Counted from the stretch's first letter, positions 10,471 through 21,714 are shown. The stretch: DNA of 64,000 nucleotides from Lacrimispora sp. (GCF_036758025.1 NZ_DAIOXM010000002.1:211341-275340); one strand, 5' to 3'. Notes: generated by a model not told the origin, from the sequence alone. Numbers and translations are program-made.

Positions 10471-11364
10471 ATGGCCTATAAAAGTACTTTACTCCGTTCT
10501 TCCACTGTTATTAAAAAAATCGTGACCATCCACTATTTTGAATACATGAGTGACTTTTCCTTTCCGGGGGAAAGCCATGACTTCTGGGAATTTGTCTGCG
10601 TAGACAAGGGAGTCATTGATGTGATGGCAGGAGACAAGAAAATTCCTTTAAAACGGGGAAATATCATCTTCCACAAGCCGGGAGAGTTTCACACCATACT
10701 GACCAACGGGACTGTTGCCCCGAATCTGGTGGTGGTGAGCTTTGAATGCAATTCTCCCTTTATGCGGGCATTTGAAGGGGAAGTCCTGTCCGTTCAAGAG
10801 ACGGAAACGGCCCTGCTGGCCCAGATTATCATAGAAGCCCGGAATGCATTTTCCGGGAGGCTGGACGATCCCTACCAGGAGGAACTGATCCGGAAGCAGC
10901 CTTCTCAAGCCTTTGGGGCGGAACAGTTGATCGGAAATTATTTAGAAGAGCTGATCATCCACCTTTACCGCAGATATTTTTCAGGCCCTGAGCAGATTCC
11001 CACAGGACGGGTTACAGACAGTTCCAAACACGGAGACGCCTACAACCGCATCGTCCGGTATATGGAGGAGCACCTTGGAGAGCAGCTCACCATTGAAACC
11101 ATATGCAGGGATAACTTAACCGGGCGGTCCCAGCTTCAGAAAATATTCCGCAATGCCCACGGCTGCGGGGTCATTGATTTCTTTACCCGCATGAAAATAG
11201 ACGCAGCCAAGCAGCTGATCCGTAACAACCAGCTTAATTTCACTGAAATTGCAGACCGGTTAGGCTACAACTCCGTCCATTACTTCTCCAGGCAGTTTAA
11301 AAAGCTGACCGGGATGACACCGTCAGAATATGCCGTCTCCATCCGGTCTTTGTCAGAAAAATAG
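10471..11364 (+). CDS. AraC-family transcriptional regulator, paralog of 6223..7131
   Basis: Same architecture and many identical blocks (IHYFEYMSDF, MKIDAAKQLIRN.QLNFT.IA..LGY.SVHYFSRQFK.LTGMTPSEYA). ATG preceded by AAAGGAGA. Confidence 0.85.
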   Translation: MAYKSTLLRSSTVIKKIVTIHYFEYMSDFSFPGESHDFWEFVCVDKGVIDVMAGDKKIPLKRGNIIFHKPGEFHTILTNGTVAPNLVVVSFECNSPFMRAFEGEVLSVQETETALLAQIIIEARNAFSGRLDDPYQEELIRKQPSQAFGAEQLIGNYLEELIIHLYRRYFSGPEQIPTGRVTDSSKHGDAYNRIVRYMEEHLGEQLTIETICRDNLTGRSQLQKIFRNAHGCGVIDFFTRMKIDAAKQLIRNNQLNFTEIADRLGYNSVHYFSRQFKKLTGMTPSEYAVSIRSLSEK

Positions 11365-11412
11365 CCGGATGAGCCCTGATTTTTCAAATAGGAAAAGGCA
11401 GGAATCTCCCGC

Positions 11413-12705
11413 CTATCCGACTTTTAATTTAAATTTTTTTGCGTCCTTTTCTGAGTCCACTTTTTCGATCATGGCTCCAAGGCCCTGAAGCTTTTCTTCA
11501 AAGCATTCATAGCCTCGCTGTATGTATCCGATTTCATCTACAACTGTATACCCGTCTGCAGCCAGACCGGCAATGACCAAAGCTGCACCGGCCCGAAGGT
11601 CAGGGGCATTGACGGAAGCTCCGGTCAGGCCTCTTACACCGTCAATAACAGCTACGTTTCCTTCTACTTTTACATTGGCTCCCATGCGGGACAGTTCATC
11701 CACATAGCGGAAGCGGTTTTCAAAAATACTCTCTGTGACCACACTGGTTCCGTTTGCGAGAGCCAGGGTCACAGCCATCTGAGGCTGCATATCTGTAGGA
11801 AATCCAGGGTAGGGAAGGGTTTTGATGTCGGTGTGTCTTTGAGCAGATTTTCCCACCACCCGGACTGCGTCGTCAAATTCAGCTACTTCACATCCCATCT
11901 CCAAAAGCTTGGCAGAAATAGCCTCCAAGTGCTTGGGGATGACATTCTTAACCATCACATCGCCTCTGGTGATGGCAGCGGCACACATAAAGGTGCCTGC
12001 TTCGATCTGGTCCGGAATAATGGAATATTCCGTTCCATGAAGCTTTCTGACTCCCTTAATCCTGATGGTATCTGTACCGGCTCCTTTAATATTGGCACCC
12101 ATGCTGTTTAAAAAGTTGGCTACGTCAACGACATGAGGTTCTTTTGCTACGTTTTCCAAAATGGTCTGGCCTTCAGCAAGGGTTGCTGCCATCATAACGT
12201 TGATGGTGGCTCCTACGCTGACTACATCCAGATAAATATGGCTGGCTACCAGATCAATGGCATGGGCGATCACTGCTCCCCGCTCGATCTTTACGTCAGC
12301 GCCGAGGGCACGAAAGCCCTTTAAATGCTGGTCAATGGGCCTGCTGCCGATGTTGCAGCCGCCGGGAAGAGGAACCTGGGCGCTTTTATATTTGCCAAGC
12401 ATGGCTCCGATGAAATAGTAGGAAGCTCTTATTTTGCGGATATATTCGTCATCCACTGCAACCTCCCGTATGGTCTTTCCGTTGATCCGTACCGTATGTC
12501 TGTCGATCCGTTCCACTTCTGCGCCGATTTCCTCAATGGCTTCCAACAATACATTTATATCTCTCACATCCGGCAGGTTATCAATCAGGACATCTTCGTC
12601 TGTCATGATGGCTGCTGCCAGGATTCCCAAAGCCGCATTTTTGGCTCCTCCGATGGTAACTTCACCTACCAGGGGATTGCCGCCTTTCATAATATACTGC
12701 TCCAT
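11413..12705 (-). CDS. murA: UDP-N-acetylglucosamine 1-carboxyvinyltransferase
   Basis: GGAKNAALGILAAA N-terminus, the PGGCNIGSRPIDQHL loop carrying the active-site Cys, and RAGAALV near the C-terminus. 430 aa. Confidence 0.92.
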   Translation of the reverse strand: MEQYIMKGGNPLVGEVTIGGAKNAALGILAAAIMTDEDVLIDNLPDVRDINVLLEAIEEIGAEVERIDRHTVRINGKTIREVAVDDEYIRKIRASYYFIGAMLGKYKSAQVPLPGGCNIGSRPIDQHLKGFRALGADVKIERGAVIAHAIDLVASHIYLDVVSVGATINVMMAATLAEGQTILENVAKEPHVVDVANFLNSMGANIKGAGTDTIRIKGVRKLHGTEYSIIPDQIEAGTFMCAAAITRGDVMVKNVIPKHLEAISAKLLEMGCEVAEFDDAVRVVGKSAQRHTDIKTLPYPGFPTDMQPQMAVTLALANGTSVVTESIFENRFRYVDELSRMGANVKVEGNVAVIDGVRGLTGASVNAPDLRAGAALVIAGLAADGYTVVDEIGYIQRGYECFEEKLQGLGAMIEKVDSEKDAKKFKLKVG

Positions 12706-12813
12706 TTCACACCTCTGATCACTCTGTTATCTATTACAATTTTCTTAAGTTTTAATCGTTAGTCTTTAATGATTATAACATATCCTGTGAATTTGTAAAG
12801 AGAACGCATTTTC

Positions 12814-15291
12814 TTATTCCATAAACACACCGCAGACGAAGTCATTTCCAATGCCTGCAAAGTGAGCAGCGGCGTCATTTAAGCCCATTTTCTGGCTGTC
12901 TCCCGTTTCTGGATTGTAAATGGTTACATTGTACTGGTCATAGCCCGATATCAGCACGTAACCACCCTGACCGGTATAGGCAGCCACCGGGCAGCCACGG
13001 CCGATAAAGTACAAAATCTGGTTCAATGTACAGCCTCTGGCATCCATCAAAAGGATGCCTTCCCCGTAAGACCTGTTTCCCGAAAAACCTTCCAGACTGT
13101 TTACAAATGGGGCTGCAGCTTTTAAAGGGTCTTTTATATTGCGGGAAGGCGGACGGTTTACCCGGTTCCACACCACCTCCCGGGTGTGATCCGTAACGAC
13201 TCCCATTTTTTCATAAGCCAGTTCCAGAGCGTCCGTAAAGTCCCGGCTGCTTCCCAGATAGTGGCCTCCTCCGTAGGCAAAAAACCTGCCTTCCTGGGTT
13301 CTGTCCCCGGCCTTTAACTCCACAATACCGGTGGTCTCATAGGATACCTTTTTAGGAACCGTAATTTTCGCACCATGGCCTGCAATGTCTTTTTCCAACT
13401 GAACAAAATACAGCTTTCTCCTGTCCTGGTCGGCATACCAGCCGATGCCTTCTAAGTTTCCATCTGAAAGCTCCTGGGTGCTGACAATGGTATCCGGCCT
13501 GGAGGGCATATAGGACTGTTCTCCGGTCTTTACCACCTGTGTCAGATGGATTCGGCCTTCTTCTACGGATACATCTGCAATGTACACATTTTCCTGCTCA
13601 TATTCCTTGACCAGCTTCCCTGCCTGATCCACGATTTCGATCCGGTACATGGGGGCATCTTTTGGCCTTTTGTTCTGAACCCACATATCCCCTTCCCGGG
13701 CGATTCCGTAAATAAAATCATCTTCCACAAATCCAAGAGGCCGGTAAAGGTTGCCTTCGCCTCCGCTGATATCCCGTTTCACTCCCGTGTCCAGGTCCAT
13801 GAAGTGAATGGCTCCGGAGCCGTAAAGGCCCCTGCCCTCCTGCCACGCAAAGTGGCGCTCTGTGCTGCTGACGGCATAGCCTCCTTCTATGAGGGAATCC
13901 GCCAGAACCATATATTCATTGCTGTTTAAATCGATTCCGTAAACAGCCTGGTCGGCCATCAGATACAGCATTCCGTTGGTTCCCAAATGGGCAAGAGTGC
14001 TGATATCCTCCTTTAACATCTCAAAGGGCAGGGTCACGGGGCTGAAAAAGCGTTCTTCAATGGCATTGTTTTCATTTTTATACTGATACATGGCAATTCC
14101 CATGCTTCCCTCATGGATGCCCCGGTTCATATATCCGTAGACCAGAAAATCCACATCTCCGCTGTCGCTGACCGACAATACCTTAATGTCATGCTGGTCA
14201 TAATTGCTGCGAAGTCCGTCATCTTCTCCGCTGCGGAAGGAAAACACCTTGATTCCGTGGCCGCTGTTCTGGTCAAAGGTCCATAAATCCCGGTTCACCA
14301 CATAGGCCAGATTGTTGCCTGAAGGGCTTTTTACCATCCGTATCTGATCATTACCTGCTATGCCCAGCATGATCCTTTTTCCGGAAAACAGCTCCTTCTG
14401 ACCGGAAAATACCTGATTGGTGTTCCGTTCAAAGTCCATGAGATAAATACGGCGGCTATCCCACTTCATAGTGAAATTGTCCTCAGCTTCATAAAGCTCC
14501 GAAGACCCGTCTTCAAGGACCCTGGATACATTATATTTCAGTTGAACAGTGCACATGATGCCGTTTAAATCCTTTAAGGTGGCTCTGATCTCTCCTTCAG
14601 GCTTCATATCAAGCCCCGCCCAGGTGAGCTGGGAGAAGCTGGAACGGATAGATACGTATCCCAGGGAGCTGTTGTCCTCTGAAGCGTTGGTTTCCAGATA
14701 CGTGGTCAATTCCCTGGCCTGTTCATAATCAAAGGTTTTGGTGGTAAAATTCAATGCAAAATCAATCATTTCTTTTGCATTGGCATTATCGGTCCACATG
14801 ATCCGGGTGTAGTAAAACAGCTTTCCCTTGTCAGAGGTGTCCAGGGTCAAAATGAGAAGATATTCCTTGTCCTTTTTCAGAAGATTCTGGATAGGGAGTC
14901 TGGCACTGATCTCACCCTCTTCCTGTTTCCACTCACCTACGGAAGTACGTTCCACCAGACGGCTTAAATCCAGGCTTCTGACCTCATATTCAATGCCCTG
15001 AAGGCTGCTGCCGTAACCGGATACGCTGATGTCCATGGAGCCGTCCTCTGAAAGCACAGTAAGGGCCTCCCTGGAAACAGCCTGTTTCATGTCCTGGGTA
15101 TAGCCGTGAAGAAGGTTCATCTTTTTTCCGAACATCTCTGTATATACTATAGGAAGAGACGCTTCCTCCATGGAAGTGTATACCATGGTATCGCTTTTCT
15201 CTTCGCTCTTTTGTTCCCACATAAAATAAACTGCGATTGCCGTAATAAAAACCGCAGATAATATCCCAACTTTTTTCATCATTCGATTCAT
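12814..15291 (-). CDS. Membrane-anchored large extracytoplasmic protein of unknown function
   Basis: Single N-terminal TM helix (VGILSAVFITAIAVYFMW) followed by about 790 aa. The C-terminal ~100 aa resemble a C39-like papain-fold module (GCTLNQILYF ... GGYVLISGYDQYNVTIYNPETG). Confidence 0.6.
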   Translation of the reverse strand: MNRMMKKVGILSAVFITAIAVYFMWEQKSEEKSDTMVYTSMEEASLPIVYTEMFGKKMNLLHGYTQDMKQAVSREALTVLSEDGSMDISVSGYGSSLQGIEYEVRSLDLSRLVERTSVGEWKQEEGEISARLPIQNLLKKDKEYLLILTLDTSDKGKLFYYTRIMWTDNANAKEMIDFALNFTTKTFDYEQARELTTYLETNASEDNSSLGYVSIRSSFSQLTWAGLDMKPEGEIRATLKDLNGIMCTVQLKYNVSRVLEDGSSELYEAEDNFTMKWDSRRIYLMDFERNTNQVFSGQKELFSGKRIMLGIAGNDQIRMVKSPSGNNLAYVVNRDLWTFDQNSGHGIKVFSFRSGEDDGLRSNYDQHDIKVLSVSDSGDVDFLVYGYMNRGIHEGSMGIAMYQYKNENNAIEERFFSPVTLPFEMLKEDISTLAHLGTNGMLYLMADQAVYGIDLNSNEYMVLADSLIEGGYAVSSTERHFAWQEGRGLYGSGAIHFMDLDTGVKRDISGGEGNLYRPLGFVEDDFIYGIAREGDMWVQNKRPKDAPMYRIEIVDQAGKLVKEYEQENVYIADVSVEEGRIHLTQVVKTGEQSYMPSRPDTIVSTQELSDGNLEGIGWYADQDRRKLYFVQLEKDIAGHGAKITVPKKVSYETTGIVELKAGDRTQEGRFFAYGGGHYLGSSRDFTDALELAYEKMGVVTDHTREVVWNRVNRPPSRNIKDPLKAAAPFVNSLEGFSGNRSYGEGILLMDARGCTLNQILYFIGRGCPVAAYTGQGGYVLISGYDQYNVTIYNPETGDSQKMGLNDAAAHFAGIGNDFVCGVFME

Positions 15292-15471
15292 ACCGGATTT
15301 CCTCTATTTTCACACGTTTTCTTTCTTATTTTATACAATAATGGTCAAAACTACAATGAAAACTTTCTTAAACATTCGTTAATGTCCTATATAGGGGATT
15401 TTTCACTTTTTCAATGAAAAAACAGCCATCCGGGATTGGATGGCTGCTTCTTTCCGTAAAATTTTCCGTTC

Positions 15472-16308
15472 TTACCTGCATCGTCCGCTACGGCACCGCC
15501 TGCGGTGCATTTCATTGAGAAGAAGTACAGAGATGATGCCGTTTAGCCAGTTATCATTGGGGGGTGGTCTGTGCCCTGGAGGCGGACCCCAAGGCGGCGG
15601 GCCTCCGTGAGGCGGTCTGGGCCCTGGAGGCGGGCCCCAAGGCGGCGGGCCTCCGTGAGGCGGTCTGGGCCCTGGAGGCGGACCCCAAGGTGGCGGGCCT
15701 CCGTGGGGAGGTCTGGGCCCCGGAGGCGGACCCCAAGGCGGCGAGCCTCCATGAGGGGGGCGTGGTCCAGGCGGCGGACCTCCATGGGGCGGTCTGTTCT
15801 GAGGAGGTCTGTTCTGGGGCGGCCTGTAGCTGGAAGACTGCTGCTGAGACAGAATATCATTTTCTGCCTTAGCCTCTGCATCCGCCTCATCCAGTTCCCA
15901 ATCATCAGGAGAAGGCCTCTTCTCCATGGCTGCCTGAATCATATTTTCAGCTTCCGTTACAGTCTCATCTGTCAGGAGGCCGTCTTCATGTATTTGTCTG
16001 CATATGGAATCACATACCTGGTTAATTAAAACACGGTCAGGAAATTCATCATACATGGGACTGTTTTTGTAATCCAGATGGTCACAGGCAGAAATTACAT
16101 ATTCCTGCAGGCGTTTTATATGTCCCGGATACATCCCCTGCAAATATTCCAAATCTGCTGCAATGATTTCTTCTTTTTCTCTGGGATTATTTGCAGCGTT
16201 TCTGTCACCGTAAAGCATGTATGGCTCCAGTTTCCGAAACCTGTCTCCATAAGTATAGTCTTTGTTACCTGGCACCGTTCTCATCACTCCCTGCTTCTGC
16301 TTATACAC
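15472..16308 (-). CDS. Proline-rich tandem-repeat protein of unknown function
   Basis: About 150-aa globular N-domain, then PPHGGPPPWGPPPGPR repeated about 4 times, then a basic Cys-containing tail (HRRRCRSGRCR). Start uncertain: GTG at 16308 or ATG at 16284. Confidence 0.6.
   Translation of the reverse strand: MYKQKQGVMRTVPGNKDYTYGDRFRKLEPYMLYGDRNAANNPREKEEIIAADLEYLQGMYPGHIKRLQEYVISACDHLDYKNSPMYDEFPDRVLINQVCDSICRQIHEDGLLTDETVTEAENMIQAAMEKRPSPDDWELDEADAEAKAENDILSQQQSSSYRPPQNRPPQNRPPHGGPPPGPRPPHGGSPPWGPPPGPRPPHGGPPPWGPPPGPRPPHGGPPPWGPPPGPRPPHGGPPPWGPPPGHRPPPNDNWLNGIISVLLLNEMHRRRCRSGRCR
15559..15828 (-). repeat. 48-bp in-frame tandem repeat (Pro/Gly-rich)
   Basis: Near-identical 48-nt units visible in the DNA (ggcggtctgggccctggaggcgg(a/g)ccccaagg(c/t)ggcgggcctccgtgag), preceded by shorter RPPQN units. 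Confidence 0.9.
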
Positions 16309-16363
16309 AACTATCTTATGCAGAGGAGGGGGGAAAGAGTGCAGGTCTTTCTTTCATTTTCCC

Positions 16364-17287
16364 TTAAGGAAACAATTTTTCCGGATACAGACCTTCTGCC
16401 ACCAGCTTTCGGATGGCGGAAGCCACAGCCGGCTTATCCTCCCTGTAGGTAACGCCGAACCATTTATCTTTTGTCTCCAGCACCTTGACCTGTGCTTTCT
16501 GGGAATGAACCTGCTGGTCGATGATTCTGGGAAGAAGGTATTCTGCTTTTAAATCCCCTTCCTTTACACTGTCCAAAAACTTCGGAAATCCCCGTTCCAG
16601 CTCTTCCAAAAAGGCAGGGGATAAGCCCCACATGTTCATGGACACATTCTGGGTCAGGGGGATTGCCACTTCATTTCCGGCGTCATCACGCCCTTTAGCC
16701 ATATCGCCCTCTTTTTTAAGCTCATAAGTCTCTGTCACATTTTCTAATATTCCGGACTCATCCACCCAGCACACTCCACGGGTAACTCCGCCGTTTTCGC
16801 TTAAGGTATTTCCCAGGATAAAACCTCCCATGCAGATATCATAAGGTCTGGCTGTAAGGTCCATCTCATTTACCAGATATTCATGAAGCTTTACAAAGCC
16901 TTCTTTTCCGTAATAATCATCTGCGTTAATGACCAGAAACGGCTCATGAATCAAATCCTTGGCACTGAGAATTGCCTGGCCCGTTCCCCACGGCTTTGTC
17001 CGTTCAGCCGGTTTTTCATAGCCTTTTGGAAGGTCATCAAGTTCCTGATAGGCGTATTCCACCTTGGCAACTTTTTCAATTCTCTTTCCTATGATTTCTT
17101 TAAAGTCCTGCTCCAAGTCTCTTCTGATAATGAACACAACTTTGTCAAAGCCTGCTGCCAGGGCGTCATAGATGGAATAATCCATGATGATCTCGCCTCC
17201 CGGCCCTACGGCCTCTAACTGCTTAATCCCCCCGCCAAACCTGCTGCCGATTCCCGCTGCCATAATCACTAATGATGTCTCTCGCAT
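16364..17287 (-). CDS. Sugar-1-phosphate nucleotidyltransferase, paralog of 9393..10322
   Basis: LVIMAAGIGSRFGGGIKQ and WGTGQA motifs. Collinear similarity to the 309-aa paralog over the full length. GGGAGAAAGG RBS. Confidence 0.75.
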   Translation of the reverse strand: MRETSLVIMAAGIGSRFGGGIKQLEAVGPGGEIIMDYSIYDALAAGFDKVVFIIRRDLEQDFKEIIGKRIEKVAKVEYAYQELDDLPKGYEKPAERTKPWGTGQAILSAKDLIHEPFLVINADDYYGKEGFVKLHEYLVNEMDLTARPYDICMGGFILGNTLSENGGVTRGVCWVDESGILENVTETYELKKEGDMAKGRDDAGNEVAIPLTQNVSMNMWGLSPAFLEELERGFPKFLDSVKEGDLKAEYLLPRIIDQQVHSQKAQVKVLETKDKWFGVTYREDKPAVASAIRKLVAEGLYPEKLFP

Positions 17288-17432
17288 AGCACCTTTCTCC
17301 CTGTCTGTTTTATCTGTTTATAGGATAGCTTATGAAAATTTCCGGCTATCCGGTAATAGGAATGCATCTTGTATCAGTATAGCACAAATGACATGTTTAA
17401 TCCATAGCCGTATAATCCCGGCTTCCGGCCTC

Positions 17433-18758
17433 TCACTTATACTTTCTTATTTCGTGTATGTAATAAAAGCTGAATATTACTGTCATAATAAGAGAGCTTA
17501 TAGGGTAGCAAACTGCCAAAAAGTGAATGGAAGGATTAAGAGGAAAAATAAAGTAAACCCAGATAATACGGATTCCCACAATTCCCACCAATGTAATGAT
17601 CATGGGAGCAATGGATTTCCCGAGACCTCTCAGCGCCTGTGCAAACATTTGATGGGGAATTCCCAGCAGATACATAGGCATAATAATAAATATGAAACTT
17701 GCTCCCAAATGAGTGACCTCTGCAGTATCTGTAAACAACTCAAGAAGGGATATTCGAAATAGCATAAACACAAGAACCAGAACCGATGTAATAACATAGC
17801 TTATCAAAATAATCTGTTTCACGGACTGTTTCACTCTGTCAAATTTACCGGCACCCAGATTCTGTCCAACAAAAGTAATGACTGTGTTTGCCAGAGAAGA
17901 GACAAAGATTTCAACAATACTGTCAATCTTCGTATAAGCTACCCAGGCTGTCACTGCCAAATATCCAAAGCCGTTAATGGTGCTCATTATGAAAATGTTG
18001 GAAAGGCTGTACATAATGCTTTGCAGTCCCGCAGGGATGCCTATTCTGCATATATCTCCTATGACCTTTCCCTCTATGTGCAATTTATGCTTTCCAGCGG
18101 GCAGCCGCTTATACAGCAGCCTTCCTAATACGATTACGCTTGCTGCCTGAGCAAGAAGTGTGGCAAAAGCAGCACCGAATACTCCCCATTTAAAAGTAAC
18201 TACAAACAAAAGATCAAGAATAATATTGGCAGCACTGCAGAAAATAAGCACATACAAAGGAGTCTTAGAGTCTCCCATTGCCCTTAACACTCCTGAAAGA
18301 GCGTTATACATGATGCAAAATACAAGACCGCACAAAAAAGTGCGAAGATAGGTATTGGCATAGCCCATTGTTTCTGCAGGTGTATTCATCGCTGTTAATA
18401 GCCCTTCAGAAAAGATAAAACCTAGAGCTGCCAGCACAACGCCAAAAACAACGAAAAAAATACTTCCGTTATAAACCACCTGTTTCACGGCATTCATATT
18501 CCTCTCACCATAAAACCTTGAAGTATAGGAGGTAATGCCGCTGGATACACCAACGAAAAAGTTAATCAGCATCACACTGATCTTTGACGCAGAGCCGCCT
18601 ACAGCGGAAAATGCCGCGTCTCCTAAATTTTGCCCTACAATAATGGCATCCACAATGGTATAAAAGTGCTGAAAGAAGGCGCTTACTACAATAGGAAAGA
18701 AGAAATAAAGAATTTCTTTCCAAATTACACCTTCCGTAATTCTGTTTTCCCTAATCAA
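17433..18758 (-). CDS. MATE-family efflux transporter
   Basis: 441 aa, about 12 TM segments, typical MATE N-terminus (WKEILYFFFPIVVSAFFQHFYTIVDAIIVGQ). TTG start with AGAAGGAGAA RBS. Confidence 0.8.
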   Translation of the reverse strand: MIRENRITEGVIWKEILYFFFPIVVSAFFQHFYTIVDAIIVGQNLGDAAFSAVGGSASKISVMLINFFVGVSSGITSYTSRFYGERNMNAVKQVVYNGSIFFVVFGVVLAALGFIFSEGLLTAMNTPAETMGYANTYLRTFLCGLVFCIMYNALSGVLRAMGDSKTPLYVLIFCSAANIILDLLFVVTFKWGVFGAAFATLLAQAASVIVLGRLLYKRLPAGKHKLHIEGKVIGDICRIGIPAGLQSIMYSLSNIFIMSTINGFGYLAVTAWVAYTKIDSIVEIFVSSLANTVITFVGQNLGAGKFDRVKQSVKQIILISYVITSVLVLVFMLFRISLLELFTDTAEVTHLGASFIFIIMPMYLLGIPHQMFAQALRGLGKSIAPMIITLVGIVGIRIIWVYFIFPLNPSIHFLAVCYPISSLIMTVIFSFYYIHEIRKYK

Positions 18759-18808
18759 GCCGGTTCTCCTTCTATTTTATAACTCCATATCATCGATACA
18801 GCCGGTTC

Positions 18809-19696
18809 TTACTTCTGAAGAAGCCGGATGGAAAGATCATGGCTTTTTTCTTTTCCCGGTTCCAGCATCTGCACATGATTTTTATGGGCAAACTCATCAT
18901 CCTCAGTCGTATAAACTGCAGAACCATTCCAGGGCTCTATGCAGACAAAGGGCGGGTTTTCCGGATAAGGGGTCCAGAAGGCCACGGTCTCAAAGCCAGG
19001 AAAGGAAACCTCCACTCCCCGTTCTGTATTCCGGTTTACAATGGAAACCTTTCTGGATTCCAGCTCATCAAAATAGAAGGCATCTGCCTTAAACAGCTCA
19101 TAATTTAAGGGAAGAACCCGGCTCTGGCTGAGCCGCAGAGTCCTGTTTTCAGGATTAAATTCCAGACGCTCCTGGTCATAGGCCATGCTGGAGATGGTCT
19201 CTTCTTTTTCAAATACCAAATCATAATCTTCAAATACCGCTCCCTCTTCTACGGGACAGTTAAAGCCGGGATGAGCGCCCAGGCAGTAATGCATGGTACG
19301 GTCACCGGTATTGACAACCCGATACTCCATAAATAAGTTCCCGTCTTCAAGGCGGTAAGAAAGGCTTAACCGGAAGGAATAAGGATACATCTTTTTCGTA
19401 TTCTCTGTATCCGTAATTTCAAATACTGCTGATTTTTCCGTCTGCTCTGTAACGGCAAAGTCCATTTCCCTACAGAAGCCGTGCTTTGGAATCTCCCATA
19501 CCTGACCCTCTATACGCACCTGATTATTCCGGCAGTTGCCCACAATGGGGAAGAGAAGGGGAGAGCAGTTTTTCCAGAACAGGGGATCTCTCTGCCAGAT
19601 GTATTCTGTTCCGGCCAAATCCTTTAATGAAATGAGCTGGGCTCCCATGGAATCAATGACAGCCTCTGTTTGGGAATCCTTTAGTGTAACCAGCAT
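18809..19696 (-). CDS. Aldose 1-epimerase family protein (LacX-like)
   Basis: 295 aa with FPIVGN, HGF and GAHPGFN motifs typical of the aldose epimerase superfamily. Confidence 0.75.
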   Translation of the reverse strand: MLVTLKDSQTEAVIDSMGAQLISLKDLAGTEYIWQRDPLFWKNCSPLLFPIVGNCRNNQVRIEGQVWEIPKHGFCREMDFAVTEQTEKSAVFEITDTENTKKMYPYSFRLSLSYRLEDGNLFMEYRVVNTGDRTMHYCLGAHPGFNCPVEEGAVFEDYDLVFEKEETISSMAYDQERLEFNPENRTLRLSQSRVLPLNYELFKADAFYFDELESRKVSIVNRNTERGVEVSFPGFETVAFWTPYPENPPFVCIEPWNGSAVYTTEDDEFAHKNHVQMLEPGKEKSHDLSIRLLQK

Positions 19697-19794
19697 GTTA
19701 ATTTTCCTCCGTTTTTACTGTATTGTTTGCCTTTTTGGGGTATTATAACATGCTTTCCCATTTTTGTATATTAATTGGCGGGAGAATCCACACA

Positions 19795-19834
19795 GCAAAA
19801 AAGGACTTAAGCCTTTTTTACAAGGCTCAAATCC
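19795..19834 (-). terminator. Rho-independent terminator of the atp operon
   Basis: 11-bp stem (GGAUUUGAGCC / GGCUUAAGUCC, two G-U pairs) followed by UUUUUUG on the minus strand, directly after atpC. Confidence 0.65.
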
Positions 19835-19841
19835 TTTTCCT

Positions 19842-20237
19842 TTATTTTGTAAGCGAAAGCCTTACCATAGCCCTCTTAAGGGCTGCCTCCGCCCTGACAA
19901 CATCAACCTCACTCTGCCCCTTTAAGCGGCGTTCCGCACGGATCTTAGCTTCTTCCGCACGGTTTGAGTCAATCTCATCAGGCCATTCCACCACTTCTGC
20001 CATAATCACAATGCTTTCCGGCAGAATCTCGATGAAGCCGGACATCAGGGCAGCTTCCTTAACCTCACCTTCTTCGTGAATCTTAAGGATTCCCGGTGCC
20101 ACGATAGCGGTTAAAGGAATGTGGTGCTTATAGACACCGATGTTTCCTTCCGTAGTGGTCAGCTCCACCATGGAAGCCTCTCCCTGGTAGAACTTCCTCT
20201 CCGGAGTGATGATCTGCAGTTTAAATAAATCAGCCAT
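19842..20237 (-). CDS. atpC: F1 ATP synthase epsilon subunit
   Basis: 131 aa, positioned after the beta subunit, typical N-terminus (LQIITPE.. FY.GE). Confidence 0.9.
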   Translation of the reverse strand: MADLFKLQIITPERKFYQGEASMVELTTTEGNIGVYKHHIPLTAIVAPGILKIHEEGEVKEAALMSGFIEILPESIVIMAEVVEWPDEIDSNRAEEAKIRAERRLKGQSEVDVVRAEAALKRAMVRLSLTK

Positions 20238-20248
20238 ATTCCCACCCC

Positions 20249-21658
<1,410 letters not shown>

Positions 21659-21714
21659 TTATTAGTTAAATGAAATCCGATTTGCCCGTCAGCTCATCGA
21701 ACAGCTGTAAATAC

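Noticed and set aside
15543-16029. Four ORFs overlapping the Pro-rich repeat gene in alternative frames or antisense (15543..15905, 15554..15736, 15564..15872, 15571..16029).
   Set aside because: Same repeat-driven artefact. Their Arg/Ala/Pro low-complexity products mirror the 48-bp repeat.
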